From the NCBI GenBank assembly GCA_053919585.1, contig CM132808.1: 64,000 bases of DNA. One strand, 5' to 3'. Below the pieces are notes generated by a model. That model made no database searches and had not been told where the DNA came from. It saw nothing but the letters and a program-made list of their open reading frames with translations. Position numbers and translations under genes: made by a program. Below, in pieces: positions 1 through 14,100 of the stretch. The stretch is from Euprymna scolopes. Lineage: Eukaryota. Positions within the stretch are counted from its first letter, which is position 1. Each line of letters starts with the position of its first letter.

Positions 1-1489
1 TCTATTTTTCTTTAGGGGATATGCATGAATATATAAGGTGCGTGAAATAAGAACGAAAGCATAAGAAAGAGAGTAAAATTATAATGTTTTTGTTGTTTTT
101 TTTTGTATATTTTCAACTCAAATTATAACCGGGTTCTAACTTGAAAACGGTGTATAGTTTCCACATAAATGATACACATTTTTATTAACATAGCATGTTG
201 AGTATATTCGCACAAATTCCAGACCTAGAAATAGGAGTAATTCTACAATCGACATACCGACATTCTAAAGCTAAGCACTTTATAGCGTGCAAATGCTTTT
301 GTTTTCTACAAACATGTTTTTAAATGGAGGATATTCTAATGCTTCCTGTTAGACTTACTTTGCAAATTACAGTTCAAAATTGATGCCAGTCATGGATTAT
401 TTATTATTCACTACGGTGCGAATTTCTAAGCATCTCTATGAAAGCACACTTTACATCCAGAAAGAGTTGGAAAACGACTAATCCAAGCACATAGTGTGAT
501 GCTTCGAATATGTATTGCATATAAATATTTAATAAAGTATTTCTCCGTCATAAAACATACGGCCCAAACAGTTTTGAAGGTTAACTTTCATGTAATTGAA
601 ATGCAGTATGTTACATCTAAAAATGTCTGCCTCTTGTTTGTTCATAAGATAAGTTTATTTAGAACGAGTAGTACATAAGGAAGATTCCACTCTTTCTCAG
701 CTGTTAAAAAGGAACAATATCTGGAACACTATCTTAAGATCACGGGTGTCTTGATTTCACTGTGTTTATGAAAGGGCTAAATAGCTAGCTCACCAATATA
801 TAACGAGGCTGTATGATTGAGAAAAGAGATGAAGATAACGTCCGATTTTCTGAGAGCCTGATGACCAACATGACAAGATTAATGCAAGTGGAGAATAGGA
901 TGCGGGATATGCTGGCAAGAATAGTTTCATGTCATTTAGATAAAAATAAAATAAAACAAGATATGAATGGTAGTTTAAGAATAATACACAACTTATTTAA
1001 TGAATTGACACTTCTGTCTTCCACTATGTTGATGACTTATACACTACCAAACCAGGGAGCGTGCACTTTGTGATGACGTGTGTGATAGAAAGGTTACACA
1101 TACTACGGTAAACTGATACTAAAACAGTAAACACATATAGTTTCTGAAACAGCTAAAAGTTCACTAATATGTGTGGCGGCGATGCGTTAATAGGACCCAG
1201 TTTACAATACAAGAAAAAATCTTATAATAGTAACAATAATAATAACTATAATAATAGTAAATGATAATTACTATAATAACAATAATAGCAATAATAAAGA
1301 TTAGAAGAAAAAGATGAAGAGGGAGTATGAGAGAGAGAGAGAGAGAAAGGCTACAAATAGTTTAAGACTCTGAAAGTCGATAAGATTAAAACGTGGAAAT
1401 GAAAAACGAGGTCACAGCCAAGTAGAGCAGAAGATTAAGCATTATTCTTACATCGTAGCTCGAAAGTCGAAATAGAGTATATTTCATCA

Positions 1490-2530
1490 ATGCCAAAGCA
1501 GTAGCTCTCATTTTTTATACCGCTGGTATACTTGAGGAGTATGTATTTGGATAAAATATTCGGACGTAAAAAACACGTAAAATCCTTATAATTTATGAGG
1601 CTGTTATTAGGAAAGGAGATGAAGATCGATAGTGTCTGCTAAAAAAAAAGGTGGTAGAGGTTTACTTATTGTTTAAAATTTGAAAACTATAGAAGAAGGA
1701 ACTCTAACCAAATATATTTGTGAAAGTGAAGAGGCTCTTCTTCATAGACTGGGACGGGAAAAAGAAAATAAGGCTTAAAGGGAAAATGAGTCAGATGTTG
1801 AAAATAGAGGTGAAATTAGAAAGAAAATACGTAATTTTTTTTTGAGAATATTGAATATAGAGAAATTTATCTGGAATTTGTTTGTCACGAGTGATCTGAA
1901 AATATCTACTGAGAGAAGTTTAATGCCAGCCCAGAAATAAGCCACTAGATTTGTCAAACACTACATCGACAAAACTTCAGAATCATCTATGTGTAGACTA
2001 TGTAATGAAATTAAAACAATATTAGCGTATACTAGATCAGAATGTGCTGTGCTATCGCAACATAAATTTTTATAAATGGAGACACGACAAAGTAGCTCAT
2101 TTCCTGCACTGAATATATGCAAACCCTATGAATTAGCCCACACTGAGAAGTGGTATAAACAACCACTTCTCATTGAAACCAGAAGTAGTACATAGAAACG
2201 ATAATGGTAAACTTTTGGAGACAGGAGCATACAGACTAATACGACCCTTGGATATTGACAATTTGACATAATTGTGCTAAACAAGGACAAGAGAACAATC
2301 ATTGACATAACCTGTACTTTCGGTACCAGAATGCAAGAGACAGAACATGGAATATAAATAAATATAAAGTTCTGAAATGGGAATTTTTTAGGCTATGGAA
2401 ATGTAAAAAAGTCAAGGCAATTCTCATTGTAATGAGGACACTAGAGTCATAGAAAACCCACCATGAATGGCCTAATCAGATTGAAAAGAAATTTTCCCAA
2501 TTTTGTTAAAAGTTTGCATATTAAAAACAT
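1490..2530 (+). mobile_element. Decayed R4/Dong-type non-LTR retrotransposon, 3' part (zinc knuckle + restriction-like endonuclease)
   Basis: Broken frames give KKGGRGLL, HYIDKTSESSMCRLCNE, WRHDKVAHFLH, EKWYKQP, DIIVLNKDKRTIIDITC, KYKVLKWEFFRLWKCKKVKAI. Flanked by TAA-rich tracts (1225-1300 and 2770-2833). Confidence 0.75.
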
Positions 2531-2607
2531 CAAAAGTGTTAAGGTACAGCTTGAATGTTTCAAGTCAACCGAATTGATCTGATATTTAGGAAAACATTCA
2601 AACTTAT

Positions 2608-2743
2608 CACTTTCACAAATATATTGAGTTAGACTTTCTTCCTCTACAGTTTTCACATTTTAAACACTACGTAAACTTCCACTGCCTACTTTTTTAGCAG
2701 ACACTATCGATCTACATCCCTTTCTTAGCTAAAGCCTCATAAA
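2608..2743 (-). repeat. Inverted diverged copy of 1592-1729 (second fragment of the R4-type element)
   Basis: cactttcacaaatatatt...agcagacactatcgatct...gcctcataaa is the reverse complement of tttatgaggc...agatcgatagtgtctgct...aatatatttgtgaaagtg. Confidence 0.85.
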
Positions 2744-2768
2744 AGTCCCAAAGTTCAGAATATTATGA

Positions 2769-2769
<1 letters not shown>

Positions 2770-2833
<64 letters not shown>
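2770..2833. repeat. (TAA)n microsatellite
   Basis: Perfect run. Similar runs at ~45500-45530 and 63498-63543. Confidence 0.95.
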
Positions 2834-2836
<3 letters not shown>

Positions 2837-5335
2837 GATGCAAGAAAAAAACCTATAACCTGACGCACGCTCCGCAATATGAGAAAGATACTAGTGTCGC
2901 AGAAAGTCGGCTGTAAAGGAAGTCTTTAAGAAAAGTACACAAACCACACTTATAATTGCATGGTGAAAAAGTTAATTTTCACTAATTTATCAGGGAATAT
3001 CGACAGCTCTAAAGAGGAAGAACTCGATGGTAAACGGGCGTTGTTATGATGCAAACTTATTTGCAACATTGATCAACGTACGTGAATTAAACTAGTGCTC
3101 TGTGGATACGTTTTTCATTCAAACTAAGGAGAAGACGACCTGATGTTGCCATTAGTGATTACTGGCAATGCCCATATGAGAATAGAGAGTGAGAAGAGAT
3201 AATAATAGTGTTCATTACATAGAGAGTCTTAAATAACGGTGAAACGAAAAAGAAGTGAGAAAACCAAACGAACAAAGTTAGAATTTTAAATCAAGCACAT
3301 ATAAATGTAATTGGGCAGTAAGAACCGTGCAATTCAATAGATGAAGAAAGGAAAATCCAAGACATTTGATAACTTAGGACTACCTCATATAGAAGTGATG
3401 CGATACATATAAATAGTAAGACATTCTGGAATCGTACACCATCAAATAAACAGAAATTAAAGAAATTATAAAAACGAGAAATATTAGCAGAAAAGAAATG
3501 TTATTAAATCTTAATTATCTGTAAAATCTTGATAAATGAATAAACACACGACCAGTTAATAGGAAACATTGGAATATACAAAATCTGGACAAAAGAACAC
3601 CGACACCTGCCAAAAGAATTAAAACTTAATGAATATGCAAAACGCCCTGCACCTTACGCATAATACTGGTCGATTCTATGTAACATTAAGAATGTTTTAA
3701 GAGAATTCGTAAATATTGAAAACTTAAAAAAAAAAAAAAAAAAAAACAACACAGAAAGGCAAAAGCAAAGTTTAAAGTTTAATCTTTACTGGCAATAGCC
3801 ATGGTGGCAATTTATACCCGAAGTTTAAATAAAGGGATTAATATTAATTTCCGTAGATTTTCCGAGTTCTACATATAAATTTAAAAATGCGTCTTTCAAG
3901 TCAAGTTCGAAATGAAGCAATTAAAGTACGTCAGTCGAAACCTATAATAACCAAAATCTAAATCATAGAAAAAGTTGATTAAAACATATTGAAATAGATT
4001 TTGACGTGGTGCTACCCTATGTAATAAAGTATATTAGTATCTTAATATGAACCATCAAGCTTCTTATATTAAACGCTGAGTAGCCTTCTCCGTCGAAATG
4101 TATTCATCATGAAAAATTAGCAGAAAGTGAAGATAAACGAGTGATGTTCGTTGGTGATGAAATTTAGTGTGAATTGTTTTTTTTCTTTTTACATACTTAT
4201 TAGAGTATATGCTATTTAAAAAGATAAACAAAATGATTCGTATGTGAATATATAAATCAAAGAAACAAACACTTTATTAATTATGTTGAATATAGGATCT
4301 GGGTAGAAGGCCTAACACTTGTTCGGAGGATATAACAACGGACTCACTGGCACAGACACTAGCCTGACCGATAAAATAGAACCCCAGTAATGTAATATAG
4401 AGTCACTTTCTAATTACAAACTAAATGCATGGGAATCGCGTTCCATTGAATTAGTGGGTACAATTGGAGTGAATACCAAATCCAGAAACGAGTATGCAAT
4501 CATGATATATTAACTACCAGTTTTAAGCTTAACAGCCAAACTTTTATCTCCTCAATCTAATGTTCTACCAACTAGGCTATAACATTAACAAAATAATTAT
4601 TATACATTTTGCGGTAACTTATTATTATGTATTATTTATCTTATGTTTCAAGTAATTAATTCAAACATTAATCATGAAAAAAAATTACTCAAAAGTCATC
4701 ACTTATCAAGAGAGAAATGCCATTCCAGCTTAGGAGTTAATGCGTTTGTCAGGTGACGATGGATGAAATTGGGCAGACAATTAAAGAAGACAATTCAAAC
4801 CGAAATTTTTTACATTAGATTGTAAATGACAAGTCAACTGGGATAGAGTACTGTGTTATTTTGTTCAATAGTTCAATGCAAAGAAACTTTTCTCCTGGAA
4901 GTTCAGTTTACTTTTATGTACACACAGAGAAATAAGAAATGTGTGTAGTGGTTGTTAGACAAGTTTTTGTTGTGCATATTTTACAGTAGCCCATTAGATT
5001 GGCGGTCAGTCGATAACTAACCACGAAAATAACGATAGAACTTAATAAAACCGAAAAGATTTTATCTGTTAGAATGTGGCTGTATACTGCCACTAGATTT
5101 CAAAGTCAGTTTTGTGCCCTATCAATGCAGCAAACCTACTGTGATAGTCACGTACAAACATGTGGCAACTGAAATAAATTAAACAACGCNNNNNNNNNNN
5201 NNNNNNNNNNNNNNNNNNNNNNNNNNNNNNNNNNNNNNNNNNNNNNNNNNNNNNNNNNNNNNNNNNNNNNNNNNNNNNNNNNNNNNNNNNNNNNNNNNNN
5301 NNNNNNNNNNNNNNNNNNNNNNNNNNNNNNNNNNN

Positions 5336-5720
5336 GTTGCCCGGGTGTTTTGAGGTGTATGCAATATGTCATTTTTTTTTAAATTTGACCCCTATTATTA
5401 CCCCTTAACATTTATTGTTTAGAGCTCAAATCAAGTTATTACGTTAGGCCCATGTCCAAGGAATCTATATCTAAAATTTCAAGTGTTTAGACCCAAAATT
5501 GTAGGAGGAGTTTGGTAGAGTTCTCAAAGGTCAAATCGTTGAACTTTGACCTTTTAATCGCAAAATATCTGCCCGAAAACTAATCACATCGATTTTCCCA
5601 ACTCTCAGTACACTGTATATCAAACTTCGAGTCTGTAAGCTTTAAATTGAGAGAGTTATTTCGTAGGGAAATGTACACACACAGCCACACAGACACACAC
5701 AGAGACATATTCACTTATAT
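5336..5720 (-). mobile_element. Non-autonomous Helitron-like repeat, family A (copy 1)
   Basis: Homologous to 47700-48071 (same orientation) and 41055-41480 (opposite). Carries a GC hairpin remnant gttgcccggg at the gap edge and a CA/TA microsatellite at the other end. Confidence 0.65.
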
Positions 5721-5723
5721 ATG

Positions 5724-5767
<44 letters not shown>

Positions 5768-5821
5768 ATATTATTAAAAATTAATTCTTTAACAAATCTA
5801 GATAAGGAAAGCTCAACACTA

Positions 5822-5827
5822 TCTTTA

Positions 5828-5877
<50 letters not shown>

Positions 5878-5988
5878 CTAATTCTTAAATTCTTTAGCTT
5901 AAATGTTCTTTATTTTCCACTTTGTTTAGATTTATTCCCCCCCACACACACCTCATCACACCTGGGCAACTCCGAGTATCCCTGCTAG
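5822..5988 (+). mobile_element. Miniature non-autonomous Helitron (167 bp)
   Basis: A|TC...CTAG|T termini with a subterminal degenerate hairpin cctgggcaactccgag and an internal (TA)n(TG)n tract. Confidence 0.65.
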
Positions 5989-6150
5989 TATTTCATACAA
6001 GACAATCCCAGCTAAATAAAATTGCTCAATATACAGGCTAGAGCAAATGAATCAAAATGTAAATATTTAAATTTTATTATTTGAAAAGGTTAATTTTCAA
6101 ATATAGACATTTTTATTGTTTGAAACAAAGAATACAATTTAATAAATTTA

Positions 6151-6199
6151 TTTCCTTAACCCATGAGCTTTCGATGCTTATTCATCTCCTCAGAGGAAA
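6151..6199 (-). ncRNA. Minimal type I hammerhead ribozyme
   Basis: Minus strand reads UUUCCU-CUGAGGA-GAUG aauaag CAUC-GAAA-GCUC au GGGU-UA-AGGAAA. It has a complete catalytic core, 6-bp stem I, 4-bp stem II and a short near-palindromic stem III. Confidence 0.85.
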
Positions 6200-6952
6200 A
6201 ATATTTCCTGGAGGGAGAGCATATTTATTAGTAAGTTTAATAAAAGTATGCATATTTTAAACAAAAGAAACATATTTATTTTTACATACATACACTTGCA
6301 GCAGATATGAAAAAAAAAGACAAAAAATAAAAAGAGCGGGAGAAAAGACTCGAAAGACTATTATTTGTAGAAATAATAAGTCGAACGACGGCTAAAAATG
6401 GTATATGTTAGAAGGAGCCAGTTCTATAATAGAGACCATATCGTAAAATAGAAAATGAAACGCAACTTTATTTCTGTCGACCGGTGGAACTTGATTATGG
6501 CGACAAAGAATAGTTAAAATAATGGTAAAAAATAATTACTTGAAGGCTAACAAAAAAAGTAGAAAGAGGCGAACGGATGAAGAGCAAGTAGACGCAAGGA
6601 TATACGGTGGGAATTGGTCTAAGAAGATCTAAGAATTCCCTTTACTTTTGATTTGTTAGTTTTTTGGTGAAAGAAAAAAATGGCGCACAGTTGGTTGTGG
6701 TGGCAAATCTGATAGATGGCAGCGTAAAAGTGATATGTTCATTGAATAAAGGTTATTGTTGTGTCTATATTGTGATGATATCTCTTCATACGCTCGTCGA
6801 ATCTTGTTTGGTTTAAAAAAGGATTATGAGAATATTTATTCGGTCACAGCGACGCTTGAGAACGATAGGTAAGCGTGTGATTTCGGGATGGGTTTAGGTT
6901 GTTTTGTTGTTGTGCGATTGACGAAATTGCCGTGGGAAAATATGATATGATA

Positions 6953-7036
<84 letters not shown>

Positions 7037-7744
7037 ATGTGAGTGTACACATAAATAATTGGATGTGATGTGAAACCAAACCTAATATGGTTTGGTTTAT
7101 ATGAATAAAACGTGTAAACACTTTTTTTAATGGCCATCATATTGTAAAAACATTTTTAATGGCCATGATATTGTAAACAAGCAGATCCCGTGTCACCTTA
7201 TTGCTAGTGGTTATTTTAAACAAAAAAGCTAATTAAAAATATCAAGTATTCTTGTTAGATAATAACGTGGTTAAAAGTTAAATTAGTTATTATCGATCTA
7301 TCTTTCTGTCTACCTATATATTTATCTATGTATCAAGTCAGTGTTGAAATTAAGTTATCTGTGTGTTCATGTACAACGCCATTCACAAGATTGCTCCACT
7401 GTTCTTTAGTATTCACCTTATAATGCTGTATGTTTAGCAAGGATGCATCAAGTAACCAGTCTTTAGGCATTTGGAATAACTCACGCCATACCCATTAACG
7501 AGTACGCCTTATGCAAAATTGGCCGTTTTTATATAAATATTAAGGAATGTGTTAGAGTGAGGAAACCAACCCAGAAAACCAATAATGCCAATCAAGAAAT
7601 TATAAACTAAACTGACAAAATAACCCTATTTGCCGAAACAAAGAACATCATGAAATCAATAGAAATTACACGTGTGAGCACAACAAGGTGTGCAATTATT
7701 TCTTTCGGTGAATGTGATTTATATTTATGTATAAATTAAGATTA

Positions 7745-8125
7745 AAACATTCGCTTCTTATTTCAGAAAGTGTAAGGATCTATATTAAATAGATTACGAA
7801 AAATGTGCAGATTAAAAAACAAAGTTCGCCCACTGCTCCGTAAATTATGGACTCCTGAACATCACAAATTTATGCTCTATATTTTACCCGAAAAGTTAAT
7901 TGATTTGACTTTGGCTGAAGCTTTTAAACTTCTAACAGAACTACAATGTGGAAATGTGTGAATTTAACTAGAAAAGAATTCGTGCAAGGACTTGTATCCA
8001 CATAACACGCAGAAATTAAACGCAGAGTACTAAGCATGTAAGAACGAGAACTAAACTAAACGTAATAGAACATAGTCGAAGATTGCTAAAGACTTGTAAG
8101 TCTTAAACAAGACTCTAAAAGGTAT
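7745..8125 (+). pseudogene. Decayed gag of a Ty3/Gypsy LTR retrotransposon (K02A2.6-like group)
   Basis: Manual translation across stops and frameshifts: KTFASYFRKCKDLY..KVRPLLRKLWTPEHHKFMLYILPEKLIDLTLAEAFKLLTEL / WKCVNLTRKE / FVQGLVST*HAEIKRRVLSM*ERELN..NIVEDC*RLVSLKQDSK. This matches the motif order I recall for invertebrate K02A2.6-like Gag. Confidence 0.75.
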
Positions 8126-11100
8126 TGAACCTGATTGATTCTTAAACAAGACTCTAAAAGGTATTGAACCTGATTGACTCTTAAACAAGACTCTAAAAGG
8201 TATTTAACCTAATTGACTCTTAAACAAGACTCTAAAAGGTATTGAACCTGATTGATTCTTAAATAAGACTCTAAAGATTATTGAACCTGATTGACTCTTA
8301 AACAAGACTCTAAAAGGTATTGAACCTGATTGACTCTTAAACAAGACTCTAAAAGGTATTTAACCTAATTGACTCTTAAACAAGACTCTAAAAGGTATTG
8401 AACCTGATTGATTCTTAAATAAGACTCTAAAGATTATTGAACCTGATTGACTCTTAAACAAGACTCTAAAAGGTATTGAACCTGATTGACTCTTAAACAA
8501 GACTCTAAAAGGTATTGAACCTGATTGACTCTTAAACAAGACTCTAAAAGGTATTTAACCTAATTGACTCTTAAACAAGACTCTAAAAGGTATTGAACCT
8601 GATTGATTCTTAAATAAGACTCTAAAGATTATTGAACCTGATTGACTCTTAAACAAGACTCTAAAAGGTATTGAACCTGATTGACTCTTAAACAAGACTC
8701 TAAAAGGTATTGAACCTGATTGACTCTTAAACAAGACTCTAAAAGGTATTTAACCTAATTGACTCTTAAACAAGACTCTAAAAGGTATTGAACCTGATTG
8801 ATTCTTAAATAAGACTCTAAAGATTATTGAACCTGATTGACTCTTAAACAAGACTCTAAAAGGTATTGAACCTGATTGACTCTTAAACAAGACTCTAAAA
8901 GGTATTTAACCTAATTGACTCTTAAACAAGACTCTAAAAGGTATTGAACCTGATTGATTCTTAAATAAGACTCTAAAGATTATTGAACCTGATTGACTCT
9001 TAAACAAGACTCTAAAATGTATTGAACCTGATTGACTCTTAAACAAGACTCTAAAAGGTATTGAACCTGATTGACTCTTAAACAAGACTCTAAAAGGTAT
9101 TGAACCTGATTGATTCTTAAACAAGACTCTAAAGATTATTGAACCTGATTGACTCTTAAACAAGACTCTAAAAGGTATTGAACCTGATTGATTCTTAAAC
9201 AAGACTCTAAAAGGTATTGAACCTGATTGATTCTTAAACAAGACTCTAAAGGGTATTGAACCTGATTGATTCTTAAATAAGACTCTAAAAAGTATTGAAC
9301 CTGATTGATTCTTAAACAAGACTCTAACAGGTATTGAAACTGATTGATTCTTAAACAAGACTCTAAAGGGTATTGAACCTGATTGATTCTTAAATAAGAC
9401 TCTAAAAGTTTTTGAACCTGATTGACTCTTAAACAAGACTCTAAAAGGTATTGAACCTGATTGACTCTTAAACAAGACTCTAAAAGGTATTTAACCTAAT
9501 TGACTCTTAAACAAGACTCTAAAAGGTATTGAACCTGATTGATTCTAAAATAAGACTCTAAAGATTATTGAACCTGATTGACTCTAAAACAAGACTCTAA
9601 AAGGTATTTAACCTAATTGACTCTTAAACAAGACTCTAAAAGGTATTGAACCTGATTGATTCTTAAATAAGACTCTAAAGATTATTGAACCTGATTGACT
9701 CTTAAACAAGACTCTAAAAGGTATTGAACCTGATTGACTCTTAAACAAGACTCTAAAAGGTATTGAACCTGATTGACTCTTAAACAAGACTCTAAAAGGT
9801 ATTGAACCTGATTGACTCTTAAACAAGACTCTAAAAGGTATTTAACCTAATTGACTCTTAAACAAGACTCTAAAAGGTATTGAACCTGATTGATTCTTAA
9901 ATAAGACTCTAAAGATTATTGAACCTGATTGACTCTTAAACAAGACTCTAAAAGGTATTGAACCTGATTGACTCTTAAACAAGACTCTAAAAGGTATTGA
10001 ACCTGATTGACTCTTAAACAAGACTCTAAAAGGTATTGAACCTGATTGATTCTTAAACAAGACTCTAAAGATTATTGAACCTGATTGAATCTTAAACAAG
10101 ACTCTAAAAGGTATTGAACCTGATTGATTCTTAAACAAGACTCTAAAAGGTATTGAACCTGATTGATTCTTAAACAAGACTCTAAAGGGTATTGAACCTG
10201 ATTGATTCTTAAATAAGACTCTAAAAAGTATTGAACCTGATTGATTCTTAAACAAGACTCTAAAAGGTATTGAACCTGATTGATTCTTAAACAAGACTCT
10301 AAAGGGTATTGAACCTGATTGATTCTTAAATAAGACTCTAAAGGGTATTGAACCTGATTGACTCTTAAACAAGACTCTAAAAGGTATTGAACCTGATTGA
10401 CTCTAAAACAAGACTCTAAAAGGTATTGAACCTGATTGATTCTTAAACAAGACTCTAAAGGCTATTGAACCTGATTGATTCTTAAACAAGACTCTAAAGA
10501 TTATTGAACATGATTGACTCTTAAACAAGACTCTAAAAGGTATTGAACCTGATTGACTCTTAAACAAGACTCTAAAAGGTATTGAACCTGATTGATTCTT
10601 AAACAAGACTCTAAAGGGTATTGAACCTGATTGATTCTTAAATAAGACTCTAAAAAGTATTGAACCTGATTGATTCTTAAACAAGACTCTAAAGGGTATT
10701 TAACCTGATTGACTCTTAAACAAGACTCTAAAGGGTATTGAACCTGATTGACTCTTAAACAAGACTCTAAAAGGTATTGAACCTCATTGATTCTTAAACA
10801 AGACTCTAAAGATTATTGAACCTGATTGACTCTTAAACAAGACTCTTAAAGGTATTGAACCTGATTGACTCTTAAACAAGACTCTAAAAGGTATTGAACC
10901 TGATTGATTCTTAAACAAGACTCTAAAGGGTATTGAACCTGATTGATTCTTAAATAGGACTCTAAAAAGTATTGAACCTGATTGATTCTTAAACAAGACT
11001 CTAAAGGGTATTGAACCTGATTGATTCTTAAATAAGACTCTAAAAAGTATTGAACCTGATTGACTCTTAAACAAGTCTCTAAAAGGTATTGAACCTGATT

Positions 11101-14100
11101 GACTCTTAAACAAGACTCTAAAAGGTATTGAACCTGATTGATTCTTAAACAAGACTCTAAAGGGTATTGAACCTGATTGACTCTTAAACAAGACTCTAAA
11201 AGGTATTGAACCTGATTGATTCTTAAACAAGACTCTAAAGGGTATTGAACCTGATTGATTCTTAAATAGGACTCTAAAAAGTATTGAACCTGATTGATTC
11301 TTAAACAAGACTCTAAAGGGTATTGAACCTGATTGATTCTTAAATAAGACTCTAAAAAGTATTGAACCTGATTGACTCTTAAACAAGACTCTAAAAGTTA
11401 TTGAACCTGATTGACTCTTAAACAAGACTCTAAAAGGTATTGAACCTGATTGATTCTTAAACAAGACTCTAAAGGGTATTGAACCTGATTGACTCTTAAA
11501 CAAGACTCTAAAAGGTATTGAACCTGATTGATTCTTAAACAAGACTCTAAAGGGTATTGAACCTGATTGATTCTTAAATAAGACTCTAAAAAGTATTGAA
11601 CCTGATTGACTCTTAAACAAGACTCTAAAAGGTATTGAACCTGATTGATTCTTAAACAAGACTCTAAAGGGTATTGAACCTTATTGATTCTTAAATAAGA
11701 CTCTAAAAGGTATTGAACCTGATTGACTCTTAAACAAGACTCTAAAAGGTATTGAACCTGATTGACTCTAAAACAAGACTCTAAAAGGTATTGAACCTGA
11801 TTGATTCTTAAATAAGACTCTAAAAAGTATTGAACCTGATTGATTCTTAAACAAGACTCTAAAGGGTATTGAACCTGATTGACTCTTAAACAAGACTCTA
11901 AAGGGTATTGAACCTGATTGATTCTTAAATAAGACTCTAAAAGGTATTGAACCTGATTGATTCTTAAACAAGACTCTAAAGATTATTGAACCTGATTGAC
12001 TCTTAAACAAGACTCTAAAAGGTATTGAACCTGATTGACTCTTAAACAAGACTCTAAAAGGTATTGAACCTGATTGATTCTTAAACAAGACTCTAGAGGG
12101 TATTGAACCTGATTGATTCTTAAATAGGACTCTAAAAAGTATTGAACCTGATTGATTCTTAAACAAGACTCTAAAGGGTATTGAACCTGATTGACTCTTA
12201 AACAAGACTCTAAAGGGTATTGAACCTGATTGACTCTTAAACAAGACTCTAACAGGTATTGAACCTGATTGATTCTTAAACAAGACTTTAAAGGGTATTG
12301 AACCTGATTGATTCTTAAATAAGACTCTAAAAAGTATTGAACCTGATTGATTCTTAAACAAGACTCTAAAGGGTATTGAACCTGATTGACTCTTAAACAA
12401 GACTCTAAAGGTTATTGAACCTGATTGACTCTTAAACAAGACTCTAAAAGGTATTGAACCTGATTGATTCTTAAACAAGACTCTAAAGATTATTGAACCT
12501 GATTGACTCTTAAACAAGACTCTAAAAGGTATTGAACCTGATTGACTCTTAAACAAGACTCTAAAAGGTATTGAACCTGATTGATTCTTAAACAAGACTC
12601 TAAAGGGTATTGAACCTGATTGATTCTTAAACAAGAGCCTAAAAAGTATTGAACCTGATTGATTCTTAAACAAGACTCTAAAGGGTATTGAACCTGATTG
12701 ACTCTTAAACAAGACTCTAAAGGGTATTGAACCTGATTGACTTTTAAACAAGACTCTAAAAGGTATTGAACCTGATTGATTCTTAAACAAGACTCTAAAG
12801 GGTATTGAACCTGATTGACTCTTAAACAAGACTCTAAAAAGGTATTGAACCTGATTGACTCTTAAACAAGACTCTAAAAGGTATTGAACCTGATTGACTC
12901 TTAAATAAGACTCTAAAGATTATTGAACCTGATTGACTCTTAAACAAGACTCTAAAAGGTATTGAACCTGATTGACTCTTAAACAAGACTCTAAAACGTA
13001 TTGAACCGGATTGATTCTTGAACAAGACTCTAAAGGGTATTGAACCTGATTGATTCTTAAATAAGACTCTAAAAGGTATTGAACCTGATTGATTCTTAAA
13101 CAAGACTCTAAAGGGTATTGAACCTGATTGACTCTTAAACAAGACTCTAAAAGGTATTGAACCTGATTGACTCTTAAACAAGACTCTAAAGGGTATTGAA
13201 CCTGATTGATTCTTAAATAGGACTCTAAAAAGTATTGAACCTGATTGATTCTTAAACAAGACTCTAAAGGGTATTGAACCTGATTGATTCTTAAATAAGA
13301 CTCTAAAAAGTATTGAACCTGATTGACTCTTAAACAAGACTCTAAAAGGTATTGAACCTGATTGACTCTTAAACAAGACTCTAAAAGGTATTGAACCTGA
13401 TTGATTCTTAAACAAGACTCTAAAGGGTATTGAACCTGATTGACTCTTAAACAAGACTCTAAAAGGTATTGAACCTGATTGATTCTTAAACAAGACTCTA
13501 AAGGGTATTGAACCTGATTGATTCTTAAATAGGACTCTAAAAAGTATTGAACCTGATTGATTCTTAAACAAAACTCTAAAGGGTATTGAACCTGATTGAT
13601 TCTTAAATAAGACTCTAAAAAGTATTGAACCTGATTGACTCTTAAACAAGACTCTAAAAGTTATTGAACCTGATTGACTCTTAAACAAGACTCTAAAAGG
13701 TATTGAACCTGATTGATTCTTAAACAAGACTCTAAAGGGTATTGAACCTGATTGACTCTTAAACAAGACTCTAAAAGGTATTGAACCTGATTGATTCTTA
13801 AACAAGACTCTAAAGGGTATTGAACCTGATTGATTCTTAAATAAGACTCTAAAAAGTATTGAACCTGATTGACTCTTAAACAAGACTCTAAAAGGTATTG
13901 AACCTGATTGATTCTTAAACAAGACTCTAAAGGGTATTGAACCTGATTGATTCTTAAATAAGACTCTAAAAGGTATTGAACCTGATTGACTCTTAAACAA
14001 GACTCTAAAAGGTATTGAACCTGATTGACTCTAAAACAAGACTCTAAAAGGTATTGAACCTGATTGATTCTTAAATAAGACTCTAAAAAGTATTGAACCT

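Noticed and set aside
700-960. Possible RTE-like 3' remnant (also 3000-3720)
   Set aside because: Only faint motif traces; too degraded to call without a profile search.
6400-7740. 5' LTR of the Gypsy element
   Set aside because: No matching second LTR, primer-binding site or TSD could be identified by eye.
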